Source: Woeseiaceae bacterium
GTDB lineage: Bacteria > Pseudomonadota > Gammaproteobacteria > Steroidobacterales > Woeseiaceae
Direction of reading: 5' to 3'
DNA length: 64,000 nt
Assembly (NCBI GenBank): GCA_041555515.1
Contig: JBFFKF010000003.1
Span: 1,404-65,403 of the forward strand
How positions within the stretch are numbered: position 1 is the stretch's first letter; the number at the start of each line of letters is the position of its first letter. The notes below the pieces were generated by a model. That model saw only the letters and a list, made by a program, of their open reading frames with translations. It did no database searches and was not told where the DNA came from. The position numbers were made by a program, and so were the translations under genes. Positions 1 to 10,721 of the stretch are shown piece after piece.

Positions 1-627
1 ATCTCGACCGACCGCGGCCTCTGCGGCGGACTGAATGTCAACATGTTCAAGACCGTCATCGGCGAGTTGCAGCGCTGGCAGGAACAGAACGTCGAGGTCG
101 ATCTTGCGCTGGTCGGCGCCAAAGCCGTGCAGTTTTTCCGGCGCCTCGGCGGCAACGTCGTCGGCACGGCAACCCACCTCGGGGATCGGCCGCAAGTCAA
201 TGACCTGATCGGTGCGATCAAGATCATGCTGGACTCGTACAGCGAAGGAAATATCGATCGCGTGTTCCTCGTGCACAACGAATTCGTCAGCACCATGAGC
301 CAGCGGCCGGAGGTCAAGACCTTGTTGCCGGTCAGCGCCATCGACCTCGGCGACGAAAAGCTGCAGGCACACTGGGACTACATTTACGAGCCCGACGCCA
401 TCGATCTGCTCGACGATGTGCTGTCGCGTTATATCGAGTCACAGGTCTACAGGGGCGCGGTCGAAAACTTTGCCTGCGAAATGGCGGCAAAAATGATTGC
501 CATGAAATCGGCGACCGATAACGCGGGTGAAATCATTGACAAGCTGCAGCTCGACTACAACAAGGCCCGTCAGGCTGCGATCACACAGGAAATTTCAGAA
601 ATTGTCGGTGGCGCGGCTGCCGTTTGA
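1..627 (+). CDS. atpG: ATP synthase F1 gamma subunit, 5'-truncated by window edge
   Basis: Frame 1 is open from base 1 ([17 protein letters not shown]...), matching the conserved gamma-subunit TSDRGLCGG segment. It is followed directly by atpD and atpC. Confidence 0.9.
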   Translation: MSTDRGLCGGLNVNMFKTVIGELQRWQEQNVEVDLALVGAKAVQFFRRLGGNVVGTATHLGDRPQVNDLIGAIKIMLDSYSEGNIDRVFLVHNEFVSTMSQRPEVKTLLPVSAIDLGDEKLQAHWDYIYEPDAIDLLDDVLSRYIESQVYRGAVENFACEMAAKMIAMKSATDNAGEIIDKLQLDYNKARQAAITQEISEIVGGAAAV

Positions 628-633
628 GATTAG

Positions 634-2022
<1,389 letters not shown>

Positions 2023-2043
2023 TAAGCAAGCGGGACGAAGCAC

Positions 2044-2460
2044 ATGGCTACCATTCACGTCGACATCGTATCCGCCGAAGGCGAGATCCACTCGGGCGAG
2101 GCCAGGATGGTGTATGCACCGGCCCGCATGGGCGAGGTCGGCATCGCGCCGCGTCACGCACCGTTGTTGACGGCACTGAAACCGGGCGAGGTCCGCGTCG
2201 AAGATACGGATGGCAACGAGCACTTCTTCTATATCACCGGCGGCATGCTCGAAATCCAGCCGCACCTCGTCACCGTACTTGCCGATACGGCGCTGCGTGG
2301 CGATCAATTAGACGAGGCCGCGGCGCTGAAAGCGCAGCAGGAAGCCGAGGAAGCACTCAAGGGCGTGTCTGCAGAAACGGATCTCATCCGTGCACAGCAG
2401 GAACTCGCCGAAGCACGTGCCCGCTACCAGGCAGCGCAGAAACTCAAGGGTAAGAGTTAG
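2044..2460 (+). CDS. atpC: ATP synthase F1 epsilon subunit
   Basis: 138 aa with a typical epsilon N-terminus (IHVDIVSAEGEIHSGE) and a C-terminal helical hairpin. Last gene of the atp operon. Confidence 0.93.
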   Translation: MATIHVDIVSAEGEIHSGEARMVYAPARMGEVGIAPRHAPLLTALKPGEVRVEDTDGNEHFFYITGGMLEIQPHLVTVLADTALRGDQLDEAAALKAQQEAEEALKGVSAETDLIRAQQELAEARARYQAAQKLKGKS

Positions 2461-3344
2461 TCTGCTGTCGCCTTGCGCATCGCGCGCACGGTGATGTCCG
2501 CGCGATACTCGACGAGTTTGCGACCGACATCCTGCATCGTTTCGATCGAATCGAACTCGACGCCGTGCACGGACAAATCGCCATTTTTCAATCGCGTGTG
2601 CGCGCGTATCGAATCCGGGTCGATGAGCGCCATGATGGCTTCATAGTGCAGATCCGTGTGAATCCCGTTGCGAAACGCAGAGTTTTCATCCGGTTGTTGC
2701 ACGAACCCGAGTTCCTTTAAATAGTTGTAACTCCAGGCGTCTTCTTCGTAATACTCCGGGAGGTAGAGGACACGTGTGGCTTTCCACTCTCGATTCAGGA
2801 CGTCTGCAACGTTGCGCATTCCGTCCTGGTTGCCGCCGCTGTCAGCTAGCAAAAAGATTTTTCTGAAGCCGTTTTGCCGAAGGCTGCGGCAGATATCCGT
2901 CAATAAAGCTTCGTAGGTCGCCTCGGTCAGGCTGATCGTGCCCGGCATCTGCATATGACCGGTCGGCGGATCGATCTGGCCTTCGGGAACGAATTGCACG
3001 ATCGACGAGACCAGCGCATTGCCGTATTTCCTGGCGATCGCTTCTGTTGTCGCGCGCAAGGTGTAGTTATGCTTGCCGGTCACGACATTCGGTCCGTTCT
3101 GCTCCAGCCCGCCGGTCGCAACGATGGCCGAAGTACTTCCCGAACGAATGGCAGCGGCAATTTCACCCGCAGTCATTTCTTCCATGAACACGGTATCGAC
3201 ACCGCCCACCGCGACATCCCAGATCGCATCCGGCGGGTACTGGCCATGAGACACGGCCGGGATTGCGGAAAAAGCAAGAAACCCATAGAGGAAAAACTGA
3301 ATGCTGTGCTTTCGACTTGGCACCATTGGCTGATCTCCGTTCAT
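2457..3344 (-). CDS. creatininase-family protein, exported, with a divergent metal site
   Basis: 295 aa. Family-like segments GGLEQNGPN and LLADSGGN sit where I recall EQHGPH and HGGN. N-terminal signal-like segment FFLYGFLAFSAIPAVSHG. Start could be Met1 or Met7. Confidence 0.6.
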   Translation of the reverse strand: MNGDQPMVPSRKHSIQFFLYGFLAFSAIPAVSHGQYPPDAIWDVAVGGVDTVFMEEMTAGEIAAAIRSGSTSAIVATGGLEQNGPNVVTGKHNYTLRATTEAIARKYGNALVSSIVQFVPEGQIDPPTGHMQMPGTISLTEATYEALLTDICRSLRQNGFRKIFLLADSGGNQDGMRNVADVLNREWKATRVLYLPEYYEEDAWSYNYLKELGFVQQPDENSAFRNGIHTDLHYEAIMALIDPDSIRAHTRLKNGDLSVHGVEFDSIETMQDVGRKLVEYRADITVRAMRKATAD

Positions 3345-3451
3345 GCAGGCGTGCTCGGCGAAACCCGAAGTCTAGCAAGTCGGTTTTGACCTCGCCGAAT
3401 CGGCCACCTATGCTTGATCGAAAACATTGGAACAGTTCCCGGGGAAATCAC

Positions 3452-5344
3452 ATGATGCATACAAAGGGCGGCCGCCCGCACGCTGCGACCTTTCTGTCAT
3501 TGCTGGTCGTGGGCGCACTGCATGCCGCGGCAGTGGCGCAGGACTACAAGGATCCGGAAGTCGCCAAATTCGAAGCGATCTCCGAAGCCGAGACGATGAT
3601 CATGGTGTCAATGCGGGACGGCGTGCGCCTGGCGACGGATGTCTATCTGCCCAAAGGCGACGGGCCTTTCCCCACCGTCTTCGTCAAGACGCCCTATGAC
3701 TTCAACACGATCGAGGGGCCAAGCCTGCAATGGGCGAACGAGACGCTCGAACGCGGCTATGCCTACGTCGTACAGAACGAGCGCGGGCGCTATTACTCCG
3801 AAGGCGATTGGGAGATTCTCGGTCGCCCGCAGACGGACGGCTATGACTCGTTGAGCTGGATCGCGGAGCAGGAGTGGTCGAACGGCAAGGTGGCGACCCT
3901 CGGCTGTTCGTCGACCGCCGAGTGGCAGATGGCCCTCGCCGCCCAGAACCATCCGGCGCATACGGCGATGATCCCGATGGCCTCGGGCGCCGGCATCGGG
4001 CGGGTCGGCGAATTCTACGAACAGGGCAACTGGTACAAGGGCGGCGTGCACCAGACGCTGTTCACCGTATGGCTCTATGGCGTGCAGCAGAACCTGCGTC
4101 CGCAGTTTCCGCAAGGACTGAGCCAGGAACAGCTGCAGCGGCTGCGCAAGGCCTATGCTCTCGCAGCAGACATGCCCGAGATGGACTGGAAGAAGCACAT
4201 GAACAAGTTGCCGGCGATCGACTGGCTCAAGGATGCCGACGGCAACGAAGGTCCGGGCGCCGACCTGATGGCGAGGAAACCAAACGATCCGAAATGGTAC
4301 GCGGGCGGCCTGTATCACGATAACCAGGACTTCGGCGTTCCCGCATTCTGGTTCAACAGCTGGTTCGATGTGAGCCAGGGACCGAATCTCGCGCTTTACA
4401 ATCACGTCCGCGAAAACGCCAGCGACAGGGAAGTGCGCGACGGCCAGTACATGGTCATCGCACCGACCCTGCATTGCGGTTTCTATCGCACGCCGGAGCA
4501 CGAAGCCTATATCGCCGGCGAACTGAACGTCGGCAATGCATGGTTTCCGTATTACGACACGATCTTCGCCTTCCTCGATCATTACCTCAAAGGAGAGAAC
4601 AACGACTTTCACGAGAACACGCCGCGCGTGCAGTTCTATACGATGGGCAGGAATGCATGGGAGTCGGCCGATACCTGGCCACCGGAGGATGTACAGCCGT
4701 TGACGCTGTACCTGGCAAGCGGCGGGCACGCAAACAGCGTGTTCGGCGACGGTTCGCTGTCTTTCGATGCAGCAAGCGGCGACTCGGATTCTTTCACTTA
4801 CGATCCGATGAACCCGGTGCCGGCATTGGGCGGCGGCGTGTGTTGCAACCGTGGCGCGGCATTAGGCGGCAGTTTCGACCAGCGCGGCATAGAAGCACGG
4901 GCGGACGTGCTCGTGTATACGAGTGAGCCGCTCGAGGAAAGTCTCGACGTCACGGGCTTCGTGCGCGCCAAATTGTTCGTGTCATCGGATGCGAAAGACA
5001 CGGACTTCACTGTCAAGCTGGTCGATGTCCATCCCGACGGTACAGCCTACAACGTGGACGACACGATATTGCGTGCACGTTACCGCGAGGGCTATGAAAA
5101 GGAAGTGTTCATGCGGGAAGGCGAAATTTACGAACTCGACCCGACGCCAATGTCGACGAGCTACGAGTTCAAGAAAGGGCACAGGATCCGGGTCGAGGTG
5201 TCGTCGAGCAAGTTCCCGCAATACATGCGCAACCTGAATACCGGCGGCAACAACTACGATGAAACCGAGAGCGTCGTTGCCCGTAATACCGTGCACCACT
5301 CGGCCGAGCATCCGTCGCAGATCACTTTGCCGGTGAGACCTTAG
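3452..5344 (+). CDS. CocE/NonD family hydrolase (X-Pro dipeptidyl-peptidase S15-like), exported
   Basis: The ORF track starts at 3263, but the plausible start is the ATG at 3452 (MMHTKGG...FLSLLVVGALHAAAVAQ signal peptide). C-terminal HRIRVEVSSSKFP is typical of the CocE/NonD C-terminal domain. Confidence 0.8.
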   Translation: MMHTKGGRPHAATFLSLLVVGALHAAAVAQDYKDPEVAKFEAISEAETMIMVSMRDGVRLATDVYLPKGDGPFPTVFVKTPYDFNTIEGPSLQWANETLERGYAYVVQNERGRYYSEGDWEILGRPQTDGYDSLSWIAEQEWSNGKVATLGCSSTAEWQMALAAQNHPAHTAMIPMASGAGIGRVGEFYEQGNWYKGGVHQTLFTVWLYGVQQNLRPQFPQGLSQEQLQRLRKAYALAADMPEMDWKKHMNKLPAIDWLKDADGNEGPGADLMARKPNDPKWYAGGLYHDNQDFGVPAFWFNSWFDVSQGPNLALYNHVRENASDREVRDGQYMVIAPTLHCGFYRTPEHEAYIAGELNVGNAWFPYYDTIFAFLDHYLKGENNDFHENTPRVQFYTMGRNAWESADTWPPEDVQPLTLYLASGGHANSVFGDGSLSFDAASGDSDSFTYDPMNPVPALGGGVCCNRGAALGGSFDQRGIEARADVLVYTSEPLEESLDVTGFVRAKLFVSSDAKDTDFTVKLVDVHPDGTAYNVDDTILRARYREGYEKEVFMREGEIYELDPTPMSTSYEFKKGHRIRVEVSSSKFPQYMRNLNTGGNNYDETESVVARNTVHHSAEHPSQITLPVRP

Positions 5345-5357
5345 AGAGGAAGACGAA

Positions 5358-6254
5358 ATGAAATTCAAAGTGACGCTTTGTCTTTTTGCGCTGACGGCGA
5401 TAGCCAGCGGGGCGCGGGCACAGGAGGGGCTGAAGATCTACATTTCCGCCGACATGGAAGGCGTGGTCGGTGCCGTGACCGGCGAGCAATTGGGCCCTGA
5501 CGGATTCGAGTACGAGCGCTTCCGGCAGTTCATGACCAACGAAGTCAACGCCGTGATCGACGCCGCACGCGCGGCCGGCGCGACGGAATTCCTCGTCAGT
5601 GATTCACACGGCAACGGGCAGAACCTGCTGATCGAGCAGCTGCCGGACGATGTGACCATAATCCGTTCCTGGCCGCGCGAGCACGGCATGATGGCAGGGA
5701 TCGACGACACCTTCGACGGCGTCATCTTCACCGGTTATCACGCGAGCACCGACAATACGCGTGGCGTGCGCGCCCACACGATGTCGAGCAGCAATATCAC
5801 GAGTCTGCGCCTGAACGGCATGACCATGACCGAGGGCAGCATCAATGCAGCGATAGCAGGCCATTTCGGTGTGCCGGTCATCATGGTTTCGGGCGACGAC
5901 ATCGCGGTGGCGGAAAACCAGGTGATCATCGGCGATATCGAGGGCGCTGTCGTCAAATGGGCGAGCGGCTTTCATTCGGCGCGCACTTTGACGCCCGAGG
6001 CGGCCTACGAGGTCATCCGGACGCGGACGAAATCCGCCATTGATCGGATCGATGGTTTCGAGCCGTACGTGCTCGATACGCCGATAACCCTGGAGCTCAG
6101 TCTCAAGCATTACCGGCCGGTCGAGTTGCTGGCTTATCTGTCGAACGTCGAGAAGGTGAACTCCCACACGATCAGGTTCGTCGGCAAAGACATTACCGAA
6201 GTAAGCAATTTTCTGCAGTTCGTCACGAGTTTCCGCGTTGATTTGCAGCCATAG
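5358..6254 (+). CDS. M55 family metallopeptidase (DppA-like D-aminopeptidase), exported
   Basis: 298 aa with motifs YISADMEGV and SDSHGNG typical of peptidase M55. N-terminal signal peptide LCLFALTAIASGARAQ. Confidence 0.75.
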   Translation: MKFKVTLCLFALTAIASGARAQEGLKIYISADMEGVVGAVTGEQLGPDGFEYERFRQFMTNEVNAVIDAARAAGATEFLVSDSHGNGQNLLIEQLPDDVTIIRSWPREHGMMAGIDDTFDGVIFTGYHASTDNTRGVRAHTMSSSNITSLRLNGMTMTEGSINAAIAGHFGVPVIMVSGDDIAVAENQVIIGDIEGAVVKWASGFHSARTLTPEAAYEVIRTRTKSAIDRIDGFEPYVLDTPITLELSLKHYRPVELLAYLSNVEKVNSHTIRFVGKDITEVSNFLQFVTSFRVDLQP

Positions 6255-6258
6255 TCAA

Positions 6259-7674
6259 ATGAATCGGAAATATTCTCTCTGCTTGATATTCATCGCAACG
6301 CTCGTTGGCTGCGCAAAACCGGAGCCCACCGGTACCGCGATAACAAATGTCACCGTCATCGATGCCGTGAATGGCGTTCGCGAAAAGCAGACTGTTGTAT
6401 TCGACGGCGATCAAATCACCGCTGTCGATTCGACAAACGCGGCAGCGCAGTATGCAGACACGATAGACGGCAGCGGCAAGTACCTGATTCCGGGGCTTTG
6501 GGATGCACACGTGCACCTGAGCTACGACGACCGGTTTAGCGACGTCATGCCGGCGCTGTTCCTGTCCTATGGCATCACGAGCGTGCGCGACACCGGTGGG
6601 CTGATGCACAAGATGCTGCCGGTCGTCGAGAAAATGCGTGCCGAGGGAGTCGTTGCGCCGCGGGTATTTTTCGCCGGGCCGCTGCTCGACGGCAACTTCG
6701 TCGTCTACGACGGCGTATCGAGACCGGAGATCGGCGTGCGCAACGCAATGCCGGACGACGCCCGGCAAACGATCCGCGACATGCAGGAGCAGGGTGTCGA
6801 TTTCATCAAGATCTACGAGATGGTCGGGCCGGACACCTTCGAGGCGATGGTAGAGACAGCGCGCGAACTCGGCCTGCCGATCGACTCGCACGTACCCTTG
6901 TCGATGCGCGCCGGCACCGCCGGACCGCCGGTCGATTCCATCGAGCATCTGCGCAACATCGAGCTTGATTGCGCAAGTAACGCTCCGGAACTACATGAGA
7001 CGCGGCTGGAGTTACTGAAGAACCCGGAGGGACTATCCGGCTACGAGCTCCGCTCTTCTCTACATTCGCTGCAACGCCTGCCGGCGATCGCGAACTATGA
7101 CGAAGAACGCTGCGACGAGGTGATCGCATCCCTGACGTCGACGCTGCAGGTACCGACCCTACGCCTCGGTGCGCTCAACCTGGATCCGCCGTTCCTGAAG
7201 GACGACTGGGAGGAGGCGCTGTCGCGCATACCGGCGGAGGTCCGCGAGGAATGGAGTAATGAAGCCGCCGAGATGGCGGATAGTCCTGTCGAGGATTTCA
7301 CATCCTTCGGCGAGTGGGCGGTGTTCCTGGTCGAGCGCATGCACGCCCATGGCGTGCCGATCGGTGCTGGCACCGATACGCCGATATTCATATCCGTCCC
7401 CGGGTTCAGCCTGCACTCGGAACTGGAGTACCTGGTAAGCGCAGGATTGTCGCCGCTAGAAGCAATCCGCTCCGCGACCGTCAGGCCGGCGGAATTCTTC
7501 TCACTGGAGGACCAGATGGGAACGATCGATGTCGGCAAGAAAGCGGACCTCGTGCTGCTCGATGCGAATCCGTTGGAGAACATCTCGAACACGCGGCGAA
7601 TCGCGGCCGTGGTGACAAAAGGTAATTATTACGACGTCGAATCGTTGCTGACCCTGGCGAAGGAATCCCACTAG
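6259..7674 (+). CDS. amidohydrolase family lipoprotein
   Basis: Start moved to MNRKYSLCLIFIATLVGC (lipobox LVGC). Metal-binding GLWDAHVHL and GAGTD motifs of the amidohydrolase superfamily. Confidence 0.8.
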   Translation: MNRKYSLCLIFIATLVGCAKPEPTGTAITNVTVIDAVNGVREKQTVVFDGDQITAVDSTNAAAQYADTIDGSGKYLIPGLWDAHVHLSYDDRFSDVMPALFLSYGITSVRDTGGLMHKMLPVVEKMRAEGVVAPRVFFAGPLLDGNFVVYDGVSRPEIGVRNAMPDDARQTIRDMQEQGVDFIKIYEMVGPDTFEAMVETARELGLPIDSHVPLSMRAGTAGPPVDSIEHLRNIELDCASNAPELHETRLELLKNPEGLSGYELRSSLHSLQRLPAIANYDEERCDEVIASLTSTLQVPTLRLGALNLDPPFLKDDWEEALSRIPAEVREEWSNEAAEMADSPVEDFTSFGEWAVFLVERMHAHGVPIGAGTDTPIFISVPGFSLHSELEYLVSAGLSPLEAIRSATVRPAEFFSLEDQMGTIDVGKKADLVLLDANPLENISNTRRIAAVVTKGNYYDVESLLTLAKESH

Positions 7675-7684
7675 GAATCCGGAC

Positions 7685-8542
7685 TTACTGCCTGCCGACG
7701 AACCTGCGGCCTTCGCCCGGCTGCATGAACAGGTCTTCCCCGAGCAATTCTTCAGGGATCGCCGATCTGTCGGTGGCGTAATTCGCAGGCACGTGAATGC
7801 CGATCGAATGCCTGGAGTAGATGCGGTCTTCGAGGATTTCACGACCGCTGTCCGATAGCAGGAACCAATATGGCGGTAACGCGAGGTCGACTTCGCGTTC
7901 GTCCCAGAATGCCCGGTCATTTTCGAAATGCACCAGCCTGGCGTCCGCATCGCCGAGATGTACCACGGTACTCGTCTCCTCGAGCGTTACGCGGAACACG
8001 ATGTTTTGCACCTCGGTACGTGCCGTAGGCCAACCACTGTGCGGCACATGCACCGCTTCGATCAACAGGCCGCCTTTACGCACGAACACCGCGGCGTCAC
8101 CGTACTCGAGATCGAAATTCGTCACTCGCTCGAAAATTGACTCGTCTTCCGCGGATGCTTGTCGGCGCATCTCGGCAACCGCTTGTGCCGGCGCATACAG
8201 GTGAATCCCGGGACGTTCGCGAAGCAATCTGGTGAGCCCCGGGGCGGAAAAATGATCGGCGTGATTATGGCTGACAAAAACCGCATCCACGCCCTCATAC
8301 GGCGGTTGCCCGGCGTATATCGCCTCCTGCATTGCCGGTGGAAGCTTCTGATAGGTATCGTGCGGATAATTGTGGATCGGATCGAAGAGAATCTTGGTCT
8401 CGCCATGCGTAATCATCACGCCTTCGTTGCCGAGGTACTGCACGCTCGAGGTTTCCTGGCCGGTGGCGAAGGTACACGCCGCGATGAGAATAAGGCACGA
8501 ACAAAACCTGGCCGTACCTCTGTGCCAATTATGCTGCTGCAT
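7685..8542 (-). CDS. MBL-fold metallo-hydrolase, exported
   Basis: 285 aa with the HxHxDH motif (VSHNHADH) and an N-terminal signal-like segment CSCLILIAACTFATGQ. Confidence 0.75.
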   Translation of the reverse strand: MQQHNWHRGTARFCSCLILIAACTFATGQETSSVQYLGNEGVMITHGETKILFDPIHNYPHDTYQKLPPAMQEAIYAGQPPYEGVDAVFVSHNHADHFSAPGLTRLLRERPGIHLYAPAQAVAEMRRQASAEDESIFERVTNFDLEYGDAAVFVRKGGLLIEAVHVPHSGWPTARTEVQNIVFRVTLEETSTVVHLGDADARLVHFENDRAFWDEREVDLALPPYWFLLSDSGREILEDRIYSRHSIGIHVPANYATDRSAIPEELLGEDLFMQPGEGRRFVGRQ

Positions 8543-8575
8543 GGTGCATATCTTAATTCGAATGCTAATCGTCAG

Positions 8576-9724
8576 TTACTCGCGTGTGCCCACCCGCCGT
8601 CGCGCGGTCTCGAGGGCTTCCTCCAGGGACGGGTGATATTCCCTGTAATGGTGTTCGAGCCAGTCCTCACCGTAGTCGTTTACCGGATCGCGCATGACGG
8701 AGTGATCATGGGTCGGGTTTTGCCGGTTGTATTCGATAAGTAGTCGCGGACCGTGCACGCGAAAATAAAACTCGCCGTTTAAATCGACCGGGCCGCGCCA
8801 GGAAAACCACAGTTCGTCCCAGCCGGTCTCGTCGATCAGCGCGAGTTGCGCCGTGGCGCTGTCGTAATCGACGTTGCCGACGTATTCATCGATAAGCGCA
8901 CGCAACAACGACATCTGGGCGACGGATAACTCGCCGGACTTCAAGCCTTCGTATTTCGCAAGGCTCGCGCGTCGCCCTGGCCCTTCGAACACATCATCCG
9001 CGACCTCGTCGGCGATCGTAGCAGCCTTTTGCTGTGCGTCCGTGAGCGACATCATCAAATCGATGCCGCGGCGCGCCTCGTGCGGCATCGCCATCCAGCC
9101 GGCATAGGGCCCGGCTTCGATGATCGTCGGGTTGCTGCCGACAAACATCGGCGTAAAACTCACGCGGCCGCCGCTCACCGTGAAGTTGGCCGCGAAGTGA
9201 TGCCCTGCAAGCTTCCAGCCCCAGTCCCCGTTCGCGGGCTCGCCGAATATAGCGAAAGCATAGTTGCCTGAACTGCGCGTTGCGACGAATGCCCGCCGGA
9301 ACGGATCATCGCCACCCTCCTCGTCGCTTTCGAGCCCTGCACTTTCGATTGCGTAAAGAAGGTCATCGAGGCGCATGATGCCCGCTGCCTTGGCATAACC
9401 CTGGCTCGACATCGAGGCGCGCAACAGATCATGCAGGGCCAGCCGCTGGTCGTCCTGCATGTCGCCGACGAGGATCCCTTCGGGATGCACCATGATGATC
9501 GGCAGGTTCGACCAGGTGGTGCGCGCGGCGCCTTTCAGCGGCAGGAGCGTGGCCTTGCGTTGCTCCGCATCGAGGGTATCGACAAATGCTGTCGCCGCGG
9601 CGGTCATCCTGCTGGCACTCTGCGCGTGGGATGGCAGTGAATCGGCGGCCAGCGACGACGTCGCAATCGGACAGGCCAACAGGGTAGTAGATACCAGGAT
9701 TACCGTTCGTTTCAGGCTCTTCAC
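8576..9724 (-). CDS. DUF3500 domain-containing protein, exported
   Basis: Resembles the DUF3500 family ([19 protein letters not shown]). The preferred start is GTG at 9724 ([18 protein letters not shown]...), preceded by GGGAGA about 6 nt upstream. The ORF-track ATG at 9823 would overlap the glmU remnant. Confidence 0.6.
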   Translation of the reverse strand: MKSLKRTVILVSTTLLACPIATSSLAADSLPSHAQSASRMTAAATAFVDTLDAEQRKATLLPLKGAARTTWSNLPIIMVHPEGILVGDMQDDQRLALHDLLRASMSSQGYAKAAGIMRLDDLLYAIESAGLESDEEGGDDPFRRAFVATRSSGNYAFAIFGEPANGDWGWKLAGHHFAANFTVSGGRVSFTPMFVGSNPTIIEAGPYAGWMAMPHEARRGIDLMMSLTDAQQKAATIADEVADDVFEGPGRRASLAKYEGLKSGELSVAQMSLLRALIDEYVGNVDYDSATAQLALIDETGWDELWFSWRGPVDLNGEFYFRVHGPRLLIEYNRQNPTHDHSVMRDPVNDYGEDWLEHHYREYHPSLEEALETARRRVGTRE

Positions 9725-9849
9725 GTCGCTCTCCCTTCTCTTGCCATTGTAGGAGGAAATCGCACGGTTCGCCGATGATACCAACGAGCGCAACACAGTT
9801 TTCGCCCATGCATGCGGTATCATTCGGCCAAGCAGGACAGGTACAGGAA

Positions 9850-10551
9850 ATGGCTAAGCAAGACAAGAAACAGGAAGCTGCAGCGGAAAGGGCGCGCCAG
9901 CTGCAACTCGTCGAAAAGCTGATGGAGCAGGGCGTGAGTTTTGCCGATCCGGCGCGTGTCGACATTCGTGGCAAGCTGAGCTGCGGCAAGAATGTATTCA
10001 TCGACGTCAATGCGGTATTCGAGGGCGACGTCAGCTTGGGCGACAATGCGCGCATAGAGCCGAACAACCTTATTCGCGACAGCATTATCGGTAGCGGCAC
10101 CGTCATTCATCCGAATTGCCACATCGAAAGTTCGAAGACCGGCAGCGACTGCGAAATTGGCCCGTTTTCGAGACTGCGGCCGGGCGCCCAGCTGGCGGAC
10201 AGGGTGAAGATCGGCAATTTCGTGGAGGTCAAGAAGAGCACGATTGCCGACGGCAGCAAGGTCAATCACCTGACTTACATCGGCGATACGATCATCGGCA
10301 CGGGCGTTAACATCGGCGCCGGGACGATTACCTGCAATTACGACGGCGCCAACAAATACCAGACCGTCATCGGCGACAATGCATTCATCGGCTCCGGGGT
10401 GGAACTGGTCGCGCCGCTCGAAATCGGTGCCGGCGCAACCATCGGCGCGGGCTCGACGATCAGCAAATCGGCTCCGGCCAACAAACTCACGCTCGAACGC
10501 GCCCAGCAAAAGACCGTCGAGAACTGGACGCCGCCCACCAAGAAGAAATAA
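9850..10551 (+). CDS. glmU: GlmU C-terminal left-handed beta-helix acetyltransferase domain only (truncated glmU)
   Basis: Aligns by eye with the E. coli GlmU C-terminal half ([35 protein letters not shown], terminal PPTKKK). No uridyltransferase domain lies upstream. ATG at 9850. Sits immediately 5' of glmS as in the canonical atp-glmUS arrangement. Confidence 0.8.
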   Translation: MAKQDKKQEAAAERARQLQLVEKLMEQGVSFADPARVDIRGKLSCGKNVFIDVNAVFEGDVSLGDNARIEPNNLIRDSIIGSGTVIHPNCHIESSKTGSDCEIGPFSRLRPGAQLADRVKIGNFVEVKKSTIADGSKVNHLTYIGDTIIGTGVNIGAGTITCNYDGANKYQTVIGDNAFIGSGVELVAPLEIGAGATIGAGSTISKSAPANKLTLERAQQKTVENWTPPTKKK

Positions 10552-10721
10552 AGTCCAATAAAAACAGAGCATTACGGCGTCACGATTCAAGGTGTGACCG
10601 GTTCCTTGCTCGCGAACGCAAACTCATGCAATCTCACCGGCCGCGAAAGCTGCGACAATAAAGGGTTCGCGATAATCGGTCGCCGTTTTAAGCTGCCGGA
10701 TCATCCACGGAGTTACTACCA

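Noticed and set aside
3263-3451. A 63-codon N-terminal extension of the CocE/NonD ORF, which would overlap the divergent creatininase-family gene start.
   Set aside because: The extension is basic, low-complexity and has no homology. The Met at 3452 is followed by a proper signal peptide.
9775-9849. An upstream ATG extension of the glmU remnant, and the ATG at 9823 as the start of the DUF3500 gene.
   Set aside because: The 25 extra residues do not resemble GlmU. The two extensions would overlap each other head-to-head. The GTG at 9724 has a good RBS and is followed by a signal peptide.
10552-10721. A glmS ribozyme or other structured leader in the 170-bp gap before glmS.
   Set aside because: To my knowledge the glmS ribozyme is mainly a feature of Gram-positive bacteria, and no matching conserved core is evident. 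This is probably an ordinary promoter region.
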